Source: an uncultured Vicinamibacteraceae bacterium
GTDB lineage: Bacteria; Acidobacteriota; Vicinamibacteria; Vicinamibacterales; UBA8438
NCBI GenBank assembly: GCA_964342695.1
Contig: CAYFFV010000012.1
Location: 2,547-66,546, forward strand
Reading direction: 5' to 3'
DNA: 64,000 bases
The notes under the pieces are model-generated. The model was not told where the DNA came from and did not search any database. It saw nothing but the letters and a program-made list of their open reading frames with translations. Below, piece by piece: positions 8,718 through 18,325 of this stretch (the stretch's first letter is position 1; the number at the start of each line of letters is the position of its first letter). Position numbers and translations under genes: made by a program.

Positions 8718-10646
8718 TCACCGGTCGCCTTCCACATGAGAGTCGCCTTGATTGACTGTCGCCTGTAAATTCAATCGAGCACCAAGATATCGGCTGTCTT
8801 CTGATGTCGCACTTAGAAAACGCGGCACAAAGCCGCGTTCCGTACGGATGGACAGGAAATATGCCCAACTCCTCCGAGAGTAAACTCCTTTTGGTTTAAA
8901 AACGATTTTTTCAGGCCCTCTACCTGTCAACTCAACAGTCTTCTCATCACCACCGAACGCAATATCAACCTCATTGGCTATCGGAGCCCTCAGCGTTATC
9001 TCGACCTTTAAAAGAGGTTCCGCACTACGAACAATCAGATCGGAACGCTCTCCCCCTGCAATCCAGATACCGGAAGGGTCAGGAAGATAAGCATTATGGT
9101 CCAAAAAATAAAGAGACAATGGGGGATCATTTCCATATCGTATCCGCGCACGAGACGGTGCAGTCTCAAGCATGACCGGCAAATCGTTGACCATCGTCAG
9201 TTCGACAGGCAACATGCGTAGGGCCCCTTGCTGAGCAGTCAGATATGGCTGCTTGGCCGAAAGAAACGGATTAACCAAGATATGCGCGGTAAACAGAGCG
9301 CCGCCTATCCAGCCGACTACCGCTGGAGTGATACTCACTAGTGGTGGCGTAATAAAAAACAAAGCTGGATAAATACTAAGAAAATATCTATTACCAGAAG
9401 GTCCGCCACCGCCAGACCATGTATACGGCATATAAATCACGATCGCTACAGCACTTAAGACCACTGTAAGAAAAATCGCACACTGCCAGACATGCCAAGA
9501 CGACCGACGCCAGAAAAACAGTCCTACTGCCAAAATACCAGGGAAAAAGAAAGGGAAAAAACCAAAGTGACGGCCGAAGAAAAAATACCAGAGATTCGTA
9601 AACAACAGTTTCAACCAAGATCCGGGGGAAAGTCGCTCCTCCACCACCACCTGATTAGTGGCCATTGCAACACCTAAAGTCTCAAATTGATCATCTGGCT
9701 GTTCGAATGGAAAATGCCCATAAAACGTTCGCCGATCTCCTCCTTGGTAATTAAAATCTCCAGTAATTCCTGCGTTGACGGCAAACGCTGTCGCCACGGT
9801 GCATGCAAAACCAAGGGTTATTAATACACCGCGGGTAAACTGATGTCGCCAAATGGTAACACTTACTGGAGGAATGATTAACAAGATATGCGTGGGTTTT
9901 GAGTAGGTCGCGATACCCAACAAAAGCACTGCAAGCACATCGCTCCAGTGACTCCGTACGAACTCTCCAATTTTCGACTGAGCAGGCGGCGCCACTTCTT
10001 TATAAAACCAGAAAAAATACGCAACAAACACACAAGCGACATTAAATATGTCCGAGGTCCACCATACCGTGTACAAAGGTACAATTGAAGCACCAAAAAA
10101 CCCGGTCACATAAACTGCTGACACAGATTTAGGAGACCGAGCCACAAGGAATCGATATCCCAAGAACAACATGCCCGACAACAAAAGAACATGGAAAAAC
10201 AAAAATCCGTTAAGCCCTGCAAGACGAACAAAAGGTGCAACCGCCACCGAGTAGGCGTACGCCTTCCCGAAAAACAAACGAACTTTAGACTCTTCAGACT
10301 GTGTTTCTCTCTTTATAAATGGAAACGTCTGAGTAATTTGATAGGAGACTTCGGTTCCACGTTTAAGAAAAATCCCTTCTGGACCGGTCTTATAAGTTCT
10401 ATAAAATCGTTCAATGTCTTCAGCTTCATAACTAAGATCTCCATCATGCGCTACGCTTAAAGCCATAGCCACATAGGTCGCTTCGTCCCCTTTAATACCA
10501 AAACCTGTGCGCACAACGTTGATCGAAAGAGCAGCGAAAGAACCCAGAATGAGCACAACCATCGTAATGGCCAACCCGGGATCAATCCCCCGCTTTTCCC
10601 TTGTTGCCTCACGCAGTCGATTGCTAGTCTTTTGTTGTGCACTCAT
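8718..10646 (-). CDS. GT-C-fold polytopic membrane glycosyltransferase (ArnT/PMT-like), paralog of 34495..37245
   Basis: 642 aa with many hydrophobic helices. After the first TM comes the loop GDEATYVAMALSVAHDGDL, resembling the DE-x-x-Y loop of ArnT/PMT enzymes. Soluble C-terminal domain ending GFVPRFLSATSEDSRYLG. Confidence 0.6.
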   Translation of the reverse strand: MSAQQKTSNRLREATREKRGIDPGLAITMVVLILGSFAALSINVVRTGFGIKGDEATYVAMALSVAHDGDLSYEAEDIERFYRTYKTGPEGIFLKRGTEVSYQITQTFPFIKRETQSEESKVRLFFGKAYAYSVAVAPFVRLAGLNGFLFFHVLLLSGMLFLGYRFLVARSPKSVSAVYVTGFFGASIVPLYTVWWTSDIFNVACVFVAYFFWFYKEVAPPAQSKIGEFVRSHWSDVLAVLLLGIATYSKPTHILLIIPPVSVTIWRHQFTRGVLITLGFACTVATAFAVNAGITGDFNYQGGDRRTFYGHFPFEQPDDQFETLGVAMATNQVVVEERLSPGSWLKLLFTNLWYFFFGRHFGFFPFFFPGILAVGLFFWRRSSWHVWQCAIFLTVVLSAVAIVIYMPYTWSGGGGPSGNRYFLSIYPALFFITPPLVSITPAVVGWIGGALFTAHILVNPFLSAKQPYLTAQQGALRMLPVELTMVNDLPVMLETAPSRARIRYGNDPPLSLYFLDHNAYLPDPSGIWIAGGERSDLIVRSAEPLLKVEITLRAPIANEVDIAFGGDEKTVELTGRGPEKIVFKPKGVYSRRSWAYFLSIRTERGFVPRFLSATSEDSRYLGARLNLQATVNQGDSHVEGDR

Positions 10647-10652
10647 AGGAAA

Positions 10653-11861
10653 TTATGAAGGGTGCGCCGTATTGGTCAAAAAACTTAGATCTGCCTTTGA
10701 CACTCCAGAACGTCCAGTCGAGCTACGTCGCTCATGCAAAGCCAGATACAGCCGTTCCATCTTCCTCACAAAGATAGCAATATCATAACTACCTCCCGTA
10801 ACACGCGCGGACTCACCTAATTTCTTGCAACGGGCAGGACTTTCAAGTAATGAAACGATCGCACTGGCCAAGACTTCCCCATTTCGTTTAGGGACAATGA
10901 CCGCGTCAACATTTGGATGAAGGATATCTAAAAGACCATCCGCATCACTGGAAATAATTGTACGACCAGCGGCTAGAGCCTCAAACGCCGTCAACGGAGT
11001 GCCCTCCCATAATGAAGGAAAGACTACCAAATCAAATGCGGACAAAGCTCCTGCAACATCCCGAGCAAACCCCGGAAATCTTACTCGCTCACCCAGCCCT
11101 AAAGAACGTGCCTGATCCTTGAGGTCCGCGCCAAGCTCTCCTTCTCCTACGATACAAAAGTGCACATCGACTCCATGATCCAAGACTAATTTTGCGGCCT
11201 CAACAAAATATTGATTCCCTTTGGAGGGCATCAGGCGAGTAATTGTACCGACAACTAATCCTTTTTCAGGAAGTCCGAGCTCTAAACGACTTGAGCGCAC
11301 TTCATCAGAACTGCGCACACGGGAAAACTCTTCTAAGGGAGCTCCAAGATACACAACTCTCGTTCTTTCACTCGGAATCAAACGGGCATTAATGACAAAA
11401 TCTGCCGTTGAGCGTGACACGGCGATCGCCAAATCGGTATATCTCACTAGCAACCAATCTGCGATCTTTTGAAACCAAGGTGTATCGGTAAGATTAGCGT
11501 GCTCATGTAAAACTGTCGGCAACCGAAGATATCTAGCGGCCAAGCGCCCAAAAGTAGTCGCGCCATAGCCATGCATATGCACAACATCCGCTTTACGTCG
11601 CTGAAGCTCTTGAATCAAAACCAGCAAAGTGGACGGATCAAATTTTGATTTCGACAAATATGTAACGTCTATTCCCTGTGATTCAAGAGTATCTTCCGAA
11701 GTGTCTGGTCCCCGGAGACTCACGAGAGATACTCGAAAACGACTACTATCGAACTTGGGAAGCATCCAACTAAATAGCCGTTTTACCCCATGCATCCTAG
11801 AACCGGGCCAGCCGAGATGATCACAAATGTGCACAACATGGATCCGGTGATTTTCCGTCAT
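10653..11861 (-). CDS. Glycosyltransferase family 4 (GT-B fold)
   Basis: 402 aa. EX7E motif (WEGTPLTAFEALAAGRTII). ATGA start/stop overlap with the upstream SDR gene. Confidence 0.8.
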   Translation of the reverse strand: MTENHRIHVVHICDHLGWPGSRMHGVKRLFSWMLPKFDSSRFRVSLVSLRGPDTSEDTLESQGIDVTYLSKSKFDPSTLLVLIQELQRRKADVVHMHGYGATTFGRLAARYLRLPTVLHEHANLTDTPWFQKIADWLLVRYTDLAIAVSRSTADFVINARLIPSERTRVVYLGAPLEEFSRVRSSDEVRSSRLELGLPEKGLVVGTITRLMPSKGNQYFVEAAKLVLDHGVDVHFCIVGEGELGADLKDQARSLGLGERVRFPGFARDVAGALSAFDLVVFPSLWEGTPLTAFEALAAGRTIISSDADGLLDILHPNVDAVIVPKRNGEVLASAIVSLLESPARCKKLGESARVTGGSYDIAIFVRKMERLYLALHERRSSTGRSGVSKADLSFLTNTAHPS

Positions 11862-12847
11862 GCTAACAATCCCTGCGCTCGATACCAGGCAGCCGTCATA
11901 TGAACTCCTGCTTTTAGGTCTACCTTTGGCATGTAACCTAGGTCGTTTTGTGCACGTGTGATATCAAAAGCCCGACTCTTCGTGAAGAATTCAACACGAC
12001 GTCGATACAGTGGCGGCTCTAATCCCAGCGGGATACATATGGCTTCACAGAAAGCACCGGCTAACCAGACCGGCCATACCGGCAAATGTAACTGGGGCGG
12101 TGAAACGCCAAATTCTGACGCGATTACTGCCGTTAATTCTTTAAGTGTAGTAAACGATGGACCAGCCAGTATATACGTATTCCCCACAGCTTCCGGTAAG
12201 TCCCCACATAGGCGCAAACCTTCAATAAGATCGTCAATATACGTAAGGTGATAAAAAACCTCTCCGGATCCGAGTATTGGAAATGTCTGATTGTAGATTC
12301 CACGAAACATCTTCAGAAATCTAGTATCGCCTGGCCCATAGATACCGATCGGCCTAACAACTACAGTATCTATCTGTTCTCGCTGACCGATAGTCTTGAC
12401 GAGAGATTCAGCTTCCAACTTCGTCTCCTGATAAATATCTCCTGGGGCAAAAGGCGCATCTTCATTTGCAGGAGGATTTTGAATATGACCATGTACTCCT
12501 CCAGTACTGCAGTGTACAAAACGCTTAACTCCTGCAGACACAGCCGCCTGAAGTAAAGACTCGGTACCCAGAACATTAACTTCGCGGTACACACGATCTG
12601 ACTGACCCGCGGTACGATAACTTGCGGCAACGTGATACACAGTCTGCACATCTCGACAAGCGTCATCTAGAGAACGGCGGTCGGTGAGATCGCCCTGCAC
12701 TAATTCCACATCACTCGACACAAGATAGTCTGATTTCTTAAGGCTCGACGGGCGCACAAGACCTCGAACACGTCCCCCTCGACCGGCCAGAAAACAAGCA
12801 AGATGGCCACCCGTAAATCCACTAACACCAGTGATCAAAGTGGTCAT
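11858..12847 (-). CDS. NAD-dependent sugar-nucleotide epimerase/dehydratase (extended SDR)
   Basis: Rossmann motif ITGVSGFTGGHL and catalytic YQETK (YxxxK). ORF is open to 12949, but ATG 12847 (MTTLITGVSG) forms an ATGA overlap with the upstream GT4 stop. Confidence 0.85.
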   Translation of the reverse strand: MTTLITGVSGFTGGHLACFLAGRGGRVRGLVRPSSLKKSDYLVSSDVELVQGDLTDRRSLDDACRDVQTVYHVAASYRTAGQSDRVYREVNVLGTESLLQAAVSAGVKRFVHCSTGGVHGHIQNPPANEDAPFAPGDIYQETKLEAESLVKTIGQREQIDTVVVRPIGIYGPGDTRFLKMFRGIYNQTFPILGSGEVFYHLTYIDDLIEGLRLCGDLPEAVGNTYILAGPSFTTLKELTAVIASEFGVSPPQLHLPVWPVWLAGAFCEAICIPLGLEPPLYRRRVEFFTKSRAFDITRAQNDLGYMPKVDLKAGVHMTAAWYRAQGLLA

Positions 12848-14082
12848 GATAATTTCGATTCCGCCGAGCTTTGCTGACGCGAAGATGTTCCACAATTGTC
12901 GCTTGAAGGCTGGGCAAACAACTGCTTGTAAGCAGCTGCTGTGCGACATACAAAAATCTCTCGACTATAACGCTCATCAGAAAGTAATCGAGCGGCTCGT
13001 GCAATTCTCTTGCCATCTGCCGGATGGTCAAGAAGATGTCCAATTGCTTTTGCAAATGCTTCAGGCTCGGGTTCCACCAAAATTGCAGCTTCGGGATTTA
13101 ACACTTGTGTATGGGTCCGCAATTTAGTCGCGACAATTGGACGACCAGATCTCAGATAAGAATAGATCTTTAACGGCGTATTGGTACCTGAGATGCGAGG
13201 AGAGACAAGAATATCAGCGGCTTCGACAAAAGAAGGAATCTCTTCAGGTCGTCTCTGTCCGGTAAAAATAATCGTCTTGTTTTCAGAACCCACAAGACTC
13301 CGTGCCGCATCAACCTGTACAGGTTCTCCACCAACAATTAGACACCGTATCTGAGGATGAGTCCGCGCCAGTTGACCCGCCGCTTCAAGAAACATCTCCA
13401 GTCCTTGATAAGCCTCAAATGTCCCTGTATAAAGAATAATCGGCTGGCTCGGCTCAATATTAAAATTTGACCTTACATCCACCAAGTCCGTGACTGCCCC
13501 ATCCATGTCGCCACCCATAGAGTTTTCAATCAGGTGGGCACGTTCACCAGCACCCGCAGCGACAACCGCGGCTTGCAATTCTTCACAAATCGTAATGACC
13601 ACACGTGACTCCTTGATCATCTTAGACTCCAGCCACTCGAAAAGACGCTTGACACCTTTAGATTGTGCATAGCGAAAATTCGTGAGCTGCTGCGGCAAAC
13701 TTGAGTGCATATCGTACAAGTGAGGAATTTTCAGCCAACGGGCTAGCCAGACACCTAAAAAACCAGCCTCTTCATGCGAGTGTATTGCGTCGTATTCTTG
13801 AAGCCTAGTACGTTGAAACGCAGTCGCACAAAGGAAGACATCAAGAATCACCTTCACCAAAGAAGGTCCGATAGACACTTTTCGAATAAAAGGCGGTTTA
13901 CCGCATCGAAAAATTCTAAGATTCGGTAAGTCAACATCACGCCCGAAGGGATAGGTCACCAGATCAATCTGATAACCAAGTTCAGCCAAAACCTTAATCC
14001 GATGATATTCACTAAATGGAGTTCCCCGAGGTTGAAAAAACGGCTCGGGGGCCAACATGAGAATACGTAAAGGGTTTGTCAC
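12844..14082 (-). CDS. Glycosyltransferase family 4-like (GT-B fold)
   Basis: 412 aa. N-terminus LRILMLAPEPFFQPRGTPFS and overall GT-B layout. The EX7E region is degenerate (SPRISGTNTPLKIYSYLRSGRPIV). Confidence 0.7.
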   Translation of the reverse strand: MTNPLRILMLAPEPFFQPRGTPFSEYHRIKVLAELGYQIDLVTYPFGRDVDLPNLRIFRCGKPPFIRKVSIGPSLVKVILDVFLCATAFQRTRLQEYDAIHSHEEAGFLGVWLARWLKIPHLYDMHSSLPQQLTNFRYAQSKGVKRLFEWLESKMIKESRVVITICEELQAAVVAAGAGERAHLIENSMGGDMDGAVTDLVDVRSNFNIEPSQPIILYTGTFEAYQGLEMFLEAAGQLARTHPQIRCLIVGGEPVQVDAARSLVGSENKTIIFTGQRRPEEIPSFVEAADILVSPRISGTNTPLKIYSYLRSGRPIVATKLRTHTQVLNPEAAILVEPEPEAFAKAIGHLLDHPADGKRIARAARLLSDERYSREIFVCRTAAAYKQLFAQPSSDNCGTSSRQQSSAESKLS

Positions 14083-14159
14083 ACTTGAAAGAATAGTTTA
14101 TCGCAGTATTTATAGAGGGATCTAAACTAACTTAACGTAATGCCACAGTAATTACTTCA

Positions 14160-14915
14160 TTACCATCGCCAACGTAATCCAGCACCAACCTGGAGTCCGC
14201 CAACGTCAAATCCACCAAGATCACCCATCACTGGAAAATCGATCTGACCGCCTGCGTACTTAACAAAAACACCAGCACCGTAATTTTTGTACAACATGTA
14301 CGTTAAATCCGCCCCGACATTAAAACCTACACCAATTTTTGATATTGGTTCAGTAGTCAATGCAACATCAGCAAGGGTGTCATAAGGCCATACGCCTTCA
14401 GTGCGGTCAACACCCATCACTATTGGCTGTTTTACAGAGAGCCTTGTTGGCCCTCCTGTAAGTGTCAGTTCCATCTTCGAAAATAAAGGTAATTTGTAAA
14501 CGGCCATAAAGTGGGCCATCGAGGTTGACCTTGACAGATCGAGTGACTCAATGTTCGAACGAGGCTGACTATAGAATAGTGGATGCGGCGATGAAACGTT
14601 CACCTCGACTGACGGAGTAGAAGTAGCTCGTGAATATCCGACCGCAAAACCAATGTTATTCCACACCAGTAGACCAGCACTAAAATTAAAAAGACCCCCT
14701 GATCGCTCGATGTCGTAGTTAGAGTCTACAGAACCATCTTCTCCATATAACGAAAAGGTGGTCTGATTAGCATAGCCAGATGACCCACTCTGATAACCAC
14801 CATCTACATCAACAAAAAATTGATAGTCGAGCTGTCGCCATTGTGCCTGGACTTCTGGTGCCATCAACAACACGGCAACCAAACCAAGTAAAACAATCCG
14901 GGTTAACTGAATCAT
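14160..14915 (-). CDS. Outer-membrane beta-barrel protein, paralog A (pairs with 26968..27768)
   Basis: Signal peptide MIQLTRIVLLGLVAVLLMAPEVQAQ (ATG 14915; the ORF extends to TTG 14942). Beta-strand periodicity. C-terminal GGLQVGAGLRWRW. Confidence 0.6.
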   Translation of the reverse strand: MIQLTRIVLLGLVAVLLMAPEVQAQWRQLDYQFFVDVDGGYQSGSSGYANQTTFSLYGEDGSVDSNYDIERSGGLFNFSAGLLVWNNIGFAVGYSRATSTPSVEVNVSSPHPLFYSQPRSNIESLDLSRSTSMAHFMAVYKLPLFSKMELTLTGGPTRLSVKQPIVMGVDRTEGVWPYDTLADVALTTEPISKIGVGFNVGADLTYMLYKNYGAGVFVKYAGGQIDFPVMGDLGGFDVGGLQVGAGLRWRW

Positions 14916-15164
14916 CGGGGTCTTAGACCTTTCATCGTTCAACGATCATAAGGTAAAACATATAACAGAATAAGCTAAAGAATCGTAGCACAGCACCAAT
15001 AACCTCGCCACGATATGCTTCCAAGTTAGACGAAAACACTTAGATGCCCTATCATTTTAAGATACCACGCAATCAACACATACGGCACATTAACGCTTTG
15101 ACCGATTAAAGAATACGAAAAAAAAATGAAAGACTTTAAGATCAACTATTTAAAAGCCCTGAAC

Positions 15165-16568
15165 ATGAGCCGCAACTTCCAAAAACCATTGGCGCTCCTT
15201 GCAATTCTAAGTGCGACCGCAGCGTGTAACTCTGGGCAATCTGGTCCGATTTCCCCAAGTGCTGTCCATAGCCCTAGTGCCAGCTATCGTGGCTTCGCTG
15301 GAACTGACGGACAATTTTCGGCAGTTGGGGATGTTGGTCTGCCCGCAGCTGATGTCACACTTAAAGTATCCGCACCAACACGGATCAGTCCCCAAGAAGG
15401 TGCTGTTATAAATGACATATCTGGTTTGACTCTCACAGTGGCTAATCCGCAAGGAACATTCATTAATGACCCGATTACTATGAACCTTGAGTTCGAGATT
15501 TGGCAAGCATCACCTTTGAACATGAAACATACCGGCACAGCAAGCTCTGGAGCATCTAACTCGAGTTTCACAGTACCGGCAAACATACTAGAGGATGGAA
15601 CGATCTATGTCTGGCGGGCTCGAGGCGTAATTGACGGAGCAGTAGGCCCATGGTCAGGCCAATATTCCTTTGAAACACAACTCGTCTCGATAGGAATACC
15701 GGAACTTTCTTCTCCAAGCAATGGATCAACAGTAGTATCTTTACGGCCCACCTTCACACTTATTAATCCTGAAATTACTCCTGATGACGTAGAGTGCGTT
15801 CTCGTCCAAGTGCAGTTCTCAACAGATTCGACCTTTGCCACAAAACGGACCGCTATAACGGAAGTGAGAATCGCACAGGGACAAACAAACTTACCTTCAA
15901 GTGGAGCGCTTCTTGAAGCAGAAACAACGTACTACTGGAGAGCGCGCGCAACAAATGACGATTTAACTAACACGGCGGCGTTGCCAGAAACGTTTGAATA
16001 TGTTGGGGCAGGAAGAAAGTGCACACCTGACACTGAAGTCACCAAAATTTATTCAGATTGGACAGAAACATGGAGTTTTACAACACCTTCTGAAGAAGAA
16101 GCGGAAGAACCTTCGTCAGGTGGGGGAGGCGGTAGCGGTGGCGGTAGCAGTGGAAATCCAGGTTCGAGCCCAGATGCTCCTTTTACAACCAACGGTGGAA
16201 ACCCAGCCAACCTAATTTCTGTTATCCAGCAGGTGGCAATTGATAATCCTGGAACATTGCAAAACTCTTGCCAAGAAGGAAGTGGAAATTGGACCTTTAT
16301 GGATCTTTCGGTTGAAGCACTCAGAAATATCGATGGAAGGTGGGGATATAACTGTAAACGGGGAAACTGTAATGATATCTCCCACGATGTTGTGGATTAC
16401 TACAGAGGCAGTGGCACAACAAGAGATGACGCACAAAACAGTACATCAGTAACAATCATCGATATTATTCTCGGGCATTGCGGGGCTAATCCGCAGGTCG
16501 CGTGGATTGACCAGACCGAAGAAACTGCGAACGCGGGAACGGTAGGACGCTGGAAATACCCGCGATAA
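15165..16568 (+). CDS. Lipoprotein with two tandem Ig/Fn3-like repeats, Gly/Ser linker and Cys-containing C-terminal domain (function unknown)
   Basis: Lipobox LSATAAC after MSRNFQKPLALLAI (ATG 15165; the ORF opens at 15126). Repeats end in YVWRARG..PWSGQYSFET and YYWRARA..WTETWSFTT. Linker SSGGGGGSGGGSSGNPGSS. Confidence 0.55.
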   Translation: MSRNFQKPLALLAILSATAACNSGQSGPISPSAVHSPSASYRGFAGTDGQFSAVGDVGLPAADVTLKVSAPTRISPQEGAVINDISGLTLTVANPQGTFINDPITMNLEFEIWQASPLNMKHTGTASSGASNSSFTVPANILEDGTIYVWRARGVIDGAVGPWSGQYSFETQLVSIGIPELSSPSNGSTVVSLRPTFTLINPEITPDDVECVLVQVQFSTDSTFATKRTAITEVRIAQGQTNLPSSGALLEAETTYYWRARATNDDLTNTAALPETFEYVGAGRKCTPDTEVTKIYSDWTETWSFTTPSEEEAEEPSSGGGGGSGGGSSGNPGSSPDAPFTTNGGNPANLISVIQQVAIDNPGTLQNSCQEGSGNWTFMDLSVEALRNIDGRWGYNCKRGNCNDISHDVVDYYRGSGTTRDDAQNSTSVTIIDIILGHCGANPQVAWIDQTEETANAGTVGRWKYPR

Positions 16569-16607
16569 TAATGTGCACAGATATCCTCTGCCCAAAGCCT
16601 TAGGATC

Positions 16608-17324
16608 ATGCCAGGTACTTTTTATCAATGGTTTTCACAACGCCGTTTAACAAAGTTTGGTGCAGCCAGACGTAATCGCATTGAACGTGCAAGACTCGGC
16701 CTTCTCAGCACGCACATCTCCCCTCCGGGCGATTTTCTAGAAATTGGGCCGGGCGAAGGATCATTAGCAGCCGGAGCCGTCGCTGCCGGGTGGCGGTATA
16801 GAGGCATAGAAGCGAGTCCGACATTGGCCGAAACATTACGAAGTCAGGGTCTGGACATAACAGAAGCTTGGGCACCTCCGATACAAACACCAAATGCAAG
16901 CTGTGATGTTATCTATGCCGACCAAGTCCTCGAACATATGTCAGGAATAGATGCCGCACGAGAATTTGTATCAGAAGCTTGGCGTGGACTGCGGCCTGGC
17001 GGAATTTTCTTTGTCGTCGTACCTGATTATTTAAAAGAAAAAACCTTCTTTTGGGACGTCGACTACACACACAATTTTGTTACGACCGAACGACGGGTCC
17101 GACAGTTACTCACAGACGGAGGGTTCGAACTCACTCAAGTTGTTCGTCGAATCGGTGTTGCCACTGGCTGGCGTCGTGATCTACTGGCAGCCGGTGCGCT
17201 AGTCGTAAACATTCCAGGAACTGATGCCCTATCCCGGTACACGAGGACTGAGGATTTACTCTTTCGTATTCGCAAGAATCTTTTTGAAACTTTGACATTC
17301 GTGTCACAGAAACCGGTGGTATGA
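16608..17324 (+). CDS. Class I SAM-dependent methyltransferase
   Basis: 238 aa. Motif I FLEIGPGEGS and post-I acidic residue. ADQVLEHM matches the Methyltransf_11/23-type layout. Confidence 0.75.
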   Translation: MPGTFYQWFSQRRLTKFGAARRNRIERARLGLLSTHISPPGDFLEIGPGEGSLAAGAVAAGWRYRGIEASPTLAETLRSQGLDITEAWAPPIQTPNASCDVIYADQVLEHMSGIDAAREFVSEAWRGLRPGGIFFVVVPDYLKEKTFFWDVDYTHNFVTTERRVRQLLTDGGFELTQVVRRIGVATGWRRDLLAAGALVVNIPGTDALSRYTRTEDLLFRIRKNLFETLTFVSQKPVV

Positions 17325-18265
17325 AGCGTCTCTTCAAGTCGCTATTCCTACGTGCACTGGTCACAGTCAGCATCCTTGGCTACTTAGTAACTCGGGTGGA
17401 CCTCACTGATGTGTTCCTGGCCGCAAAACAAATTTCTCCGACCGTTTGGATCAGTTTAGTCCTAGTCTTAGTGCTAGACCGCCTAGTCGCTGCCAGTCGG
17501 TGGATAACACTTATTTGGGCCACTGGCACGCCACTAAAATTTTCTTATGGTCTTCGCCTTTTCATGACTTCTTCATTTTTGGGAAGTTTTTTTCCAGGTG
17601 GAGTCGGGGGCGACATTACCAGAACGTGGTTACTGGCAAGCAGTACGGACCGCACGGAGGAATCAATTGTGGTCGCGGTTGTGGATCGGTGGCTGGGACT
17701 TGCGTCTATTCTCACTCTCGGCGTTATCGGATTGTGGAACTGGCCCGGGATTGTAGACGAGAGGATCAGACTCGGAATGTACGGACTCTTCGTGATGGTG
17801 ACGATCACGGGAACATTCGGGCTACTAGCCGACCTGATTGTTCCTCAACTATTTTCCAAAACTTGGAACAGGAATTCATTCTGGATACGCATAAGTAGTG
17901 TGTCCGTTGTAATCAGGCGTTTTCGTTACCAATGGACATCCCTAATACTCACCATTGGATATGCTTTCATTCTACAGTTCATTCGTATCTTACTAGCTTG
18001 GATCATAGGAACCGGTCTAGGAGTAGATGTCGCGCTCTCCTATTATTTCGTGGTCATGCCAGTTGCAATTGTAGTTATTCTTTTACCAATTTCCATCAGT
18101 GGCCTCGGACCCGCCCAAGGCATCATGATGTGGATGTTACAGCCACTCGATGTAGCCGATTCCACCTCATTTACAATGTCTACCATCTTTATTCTTTTGG
18201 GGTTTGTGGCAAACCTACCAGGAGCTGTTCTCTACCTACAAAATCGTCATAAACAATCAACATAA
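17321..18265 (+). CDS. UPF0104 / lysyl-phosphatidylglycerol-synthase-TM-region family membrane protein (flippase-like)
   Basis: 314 aa polytopic protein. N-terminal LDRLVAASRWITLIW ... FLGSFFPGGVGGDITRTWLL matches the family hallmark. ATGA overlap with the upstream methyltransferase. Confidence 0.6.
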   Translation: MKRLFKSLFLRALVTVSILGYLVTRVDLTDVFLAAKQISPTVWISLVLVLVLDRLVAASRWITLIWATGTPLKFSYGLRLFMTSSFLGSFFPGGVGGDITRTWLLASSTDRTEESIVVAVVDRWLGLASILTLGVIGLWNWPGIVDERIRLGMYGLFVMVTITGTFGLLADLIVPQLFSKTWNRNSFWIRISSVSVVIRRFRYQWTSLILTIGYAFILQFIRILLAWIIGTGLGVDVALSYYFVVMPVAIVVILLPISISGLGPAQGIMMWMLQPLDVADSTSFTMSTIFILLGFVANLPGAVLYLQNRHKQST

Positions 18266-18325
18266 CCTGAAAGTATGCATCTACATCTTTACCCAGCGTT
18301 AGAAGTCATGTACATTTAACTTTTA

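Noticed and set aside
16086-16172. GGCGGTAGC-type tandem nucleotide repeat
   Set aside because: It lies in frame within the lipoprotein gene and encodes the Gly/Ser linker (SSGGGGGSGGGSSGN). This is a low-complexity coding repeat, not a regulatory or CRISPR-like array.
17446-17898. 150-aa same-strand alternative-frame ORF within the UPF0104 gene
   Set aside because: The annotated frame gives a coherent polytopic membrane protein with the family GGD motif. The alternative frame is Arg/Gly/Ser-rich and has no independent support.
18266-18325. Search for a RiPP precursor peptide next to the radical SAM/SPASM gene
   Set aside because: The flanking spacers are 60 bp upstream and 23 bp downstream. 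They contain only an 8-codon ORF (MHLHLYPAL). No plausible leader/core peptide gene is present.
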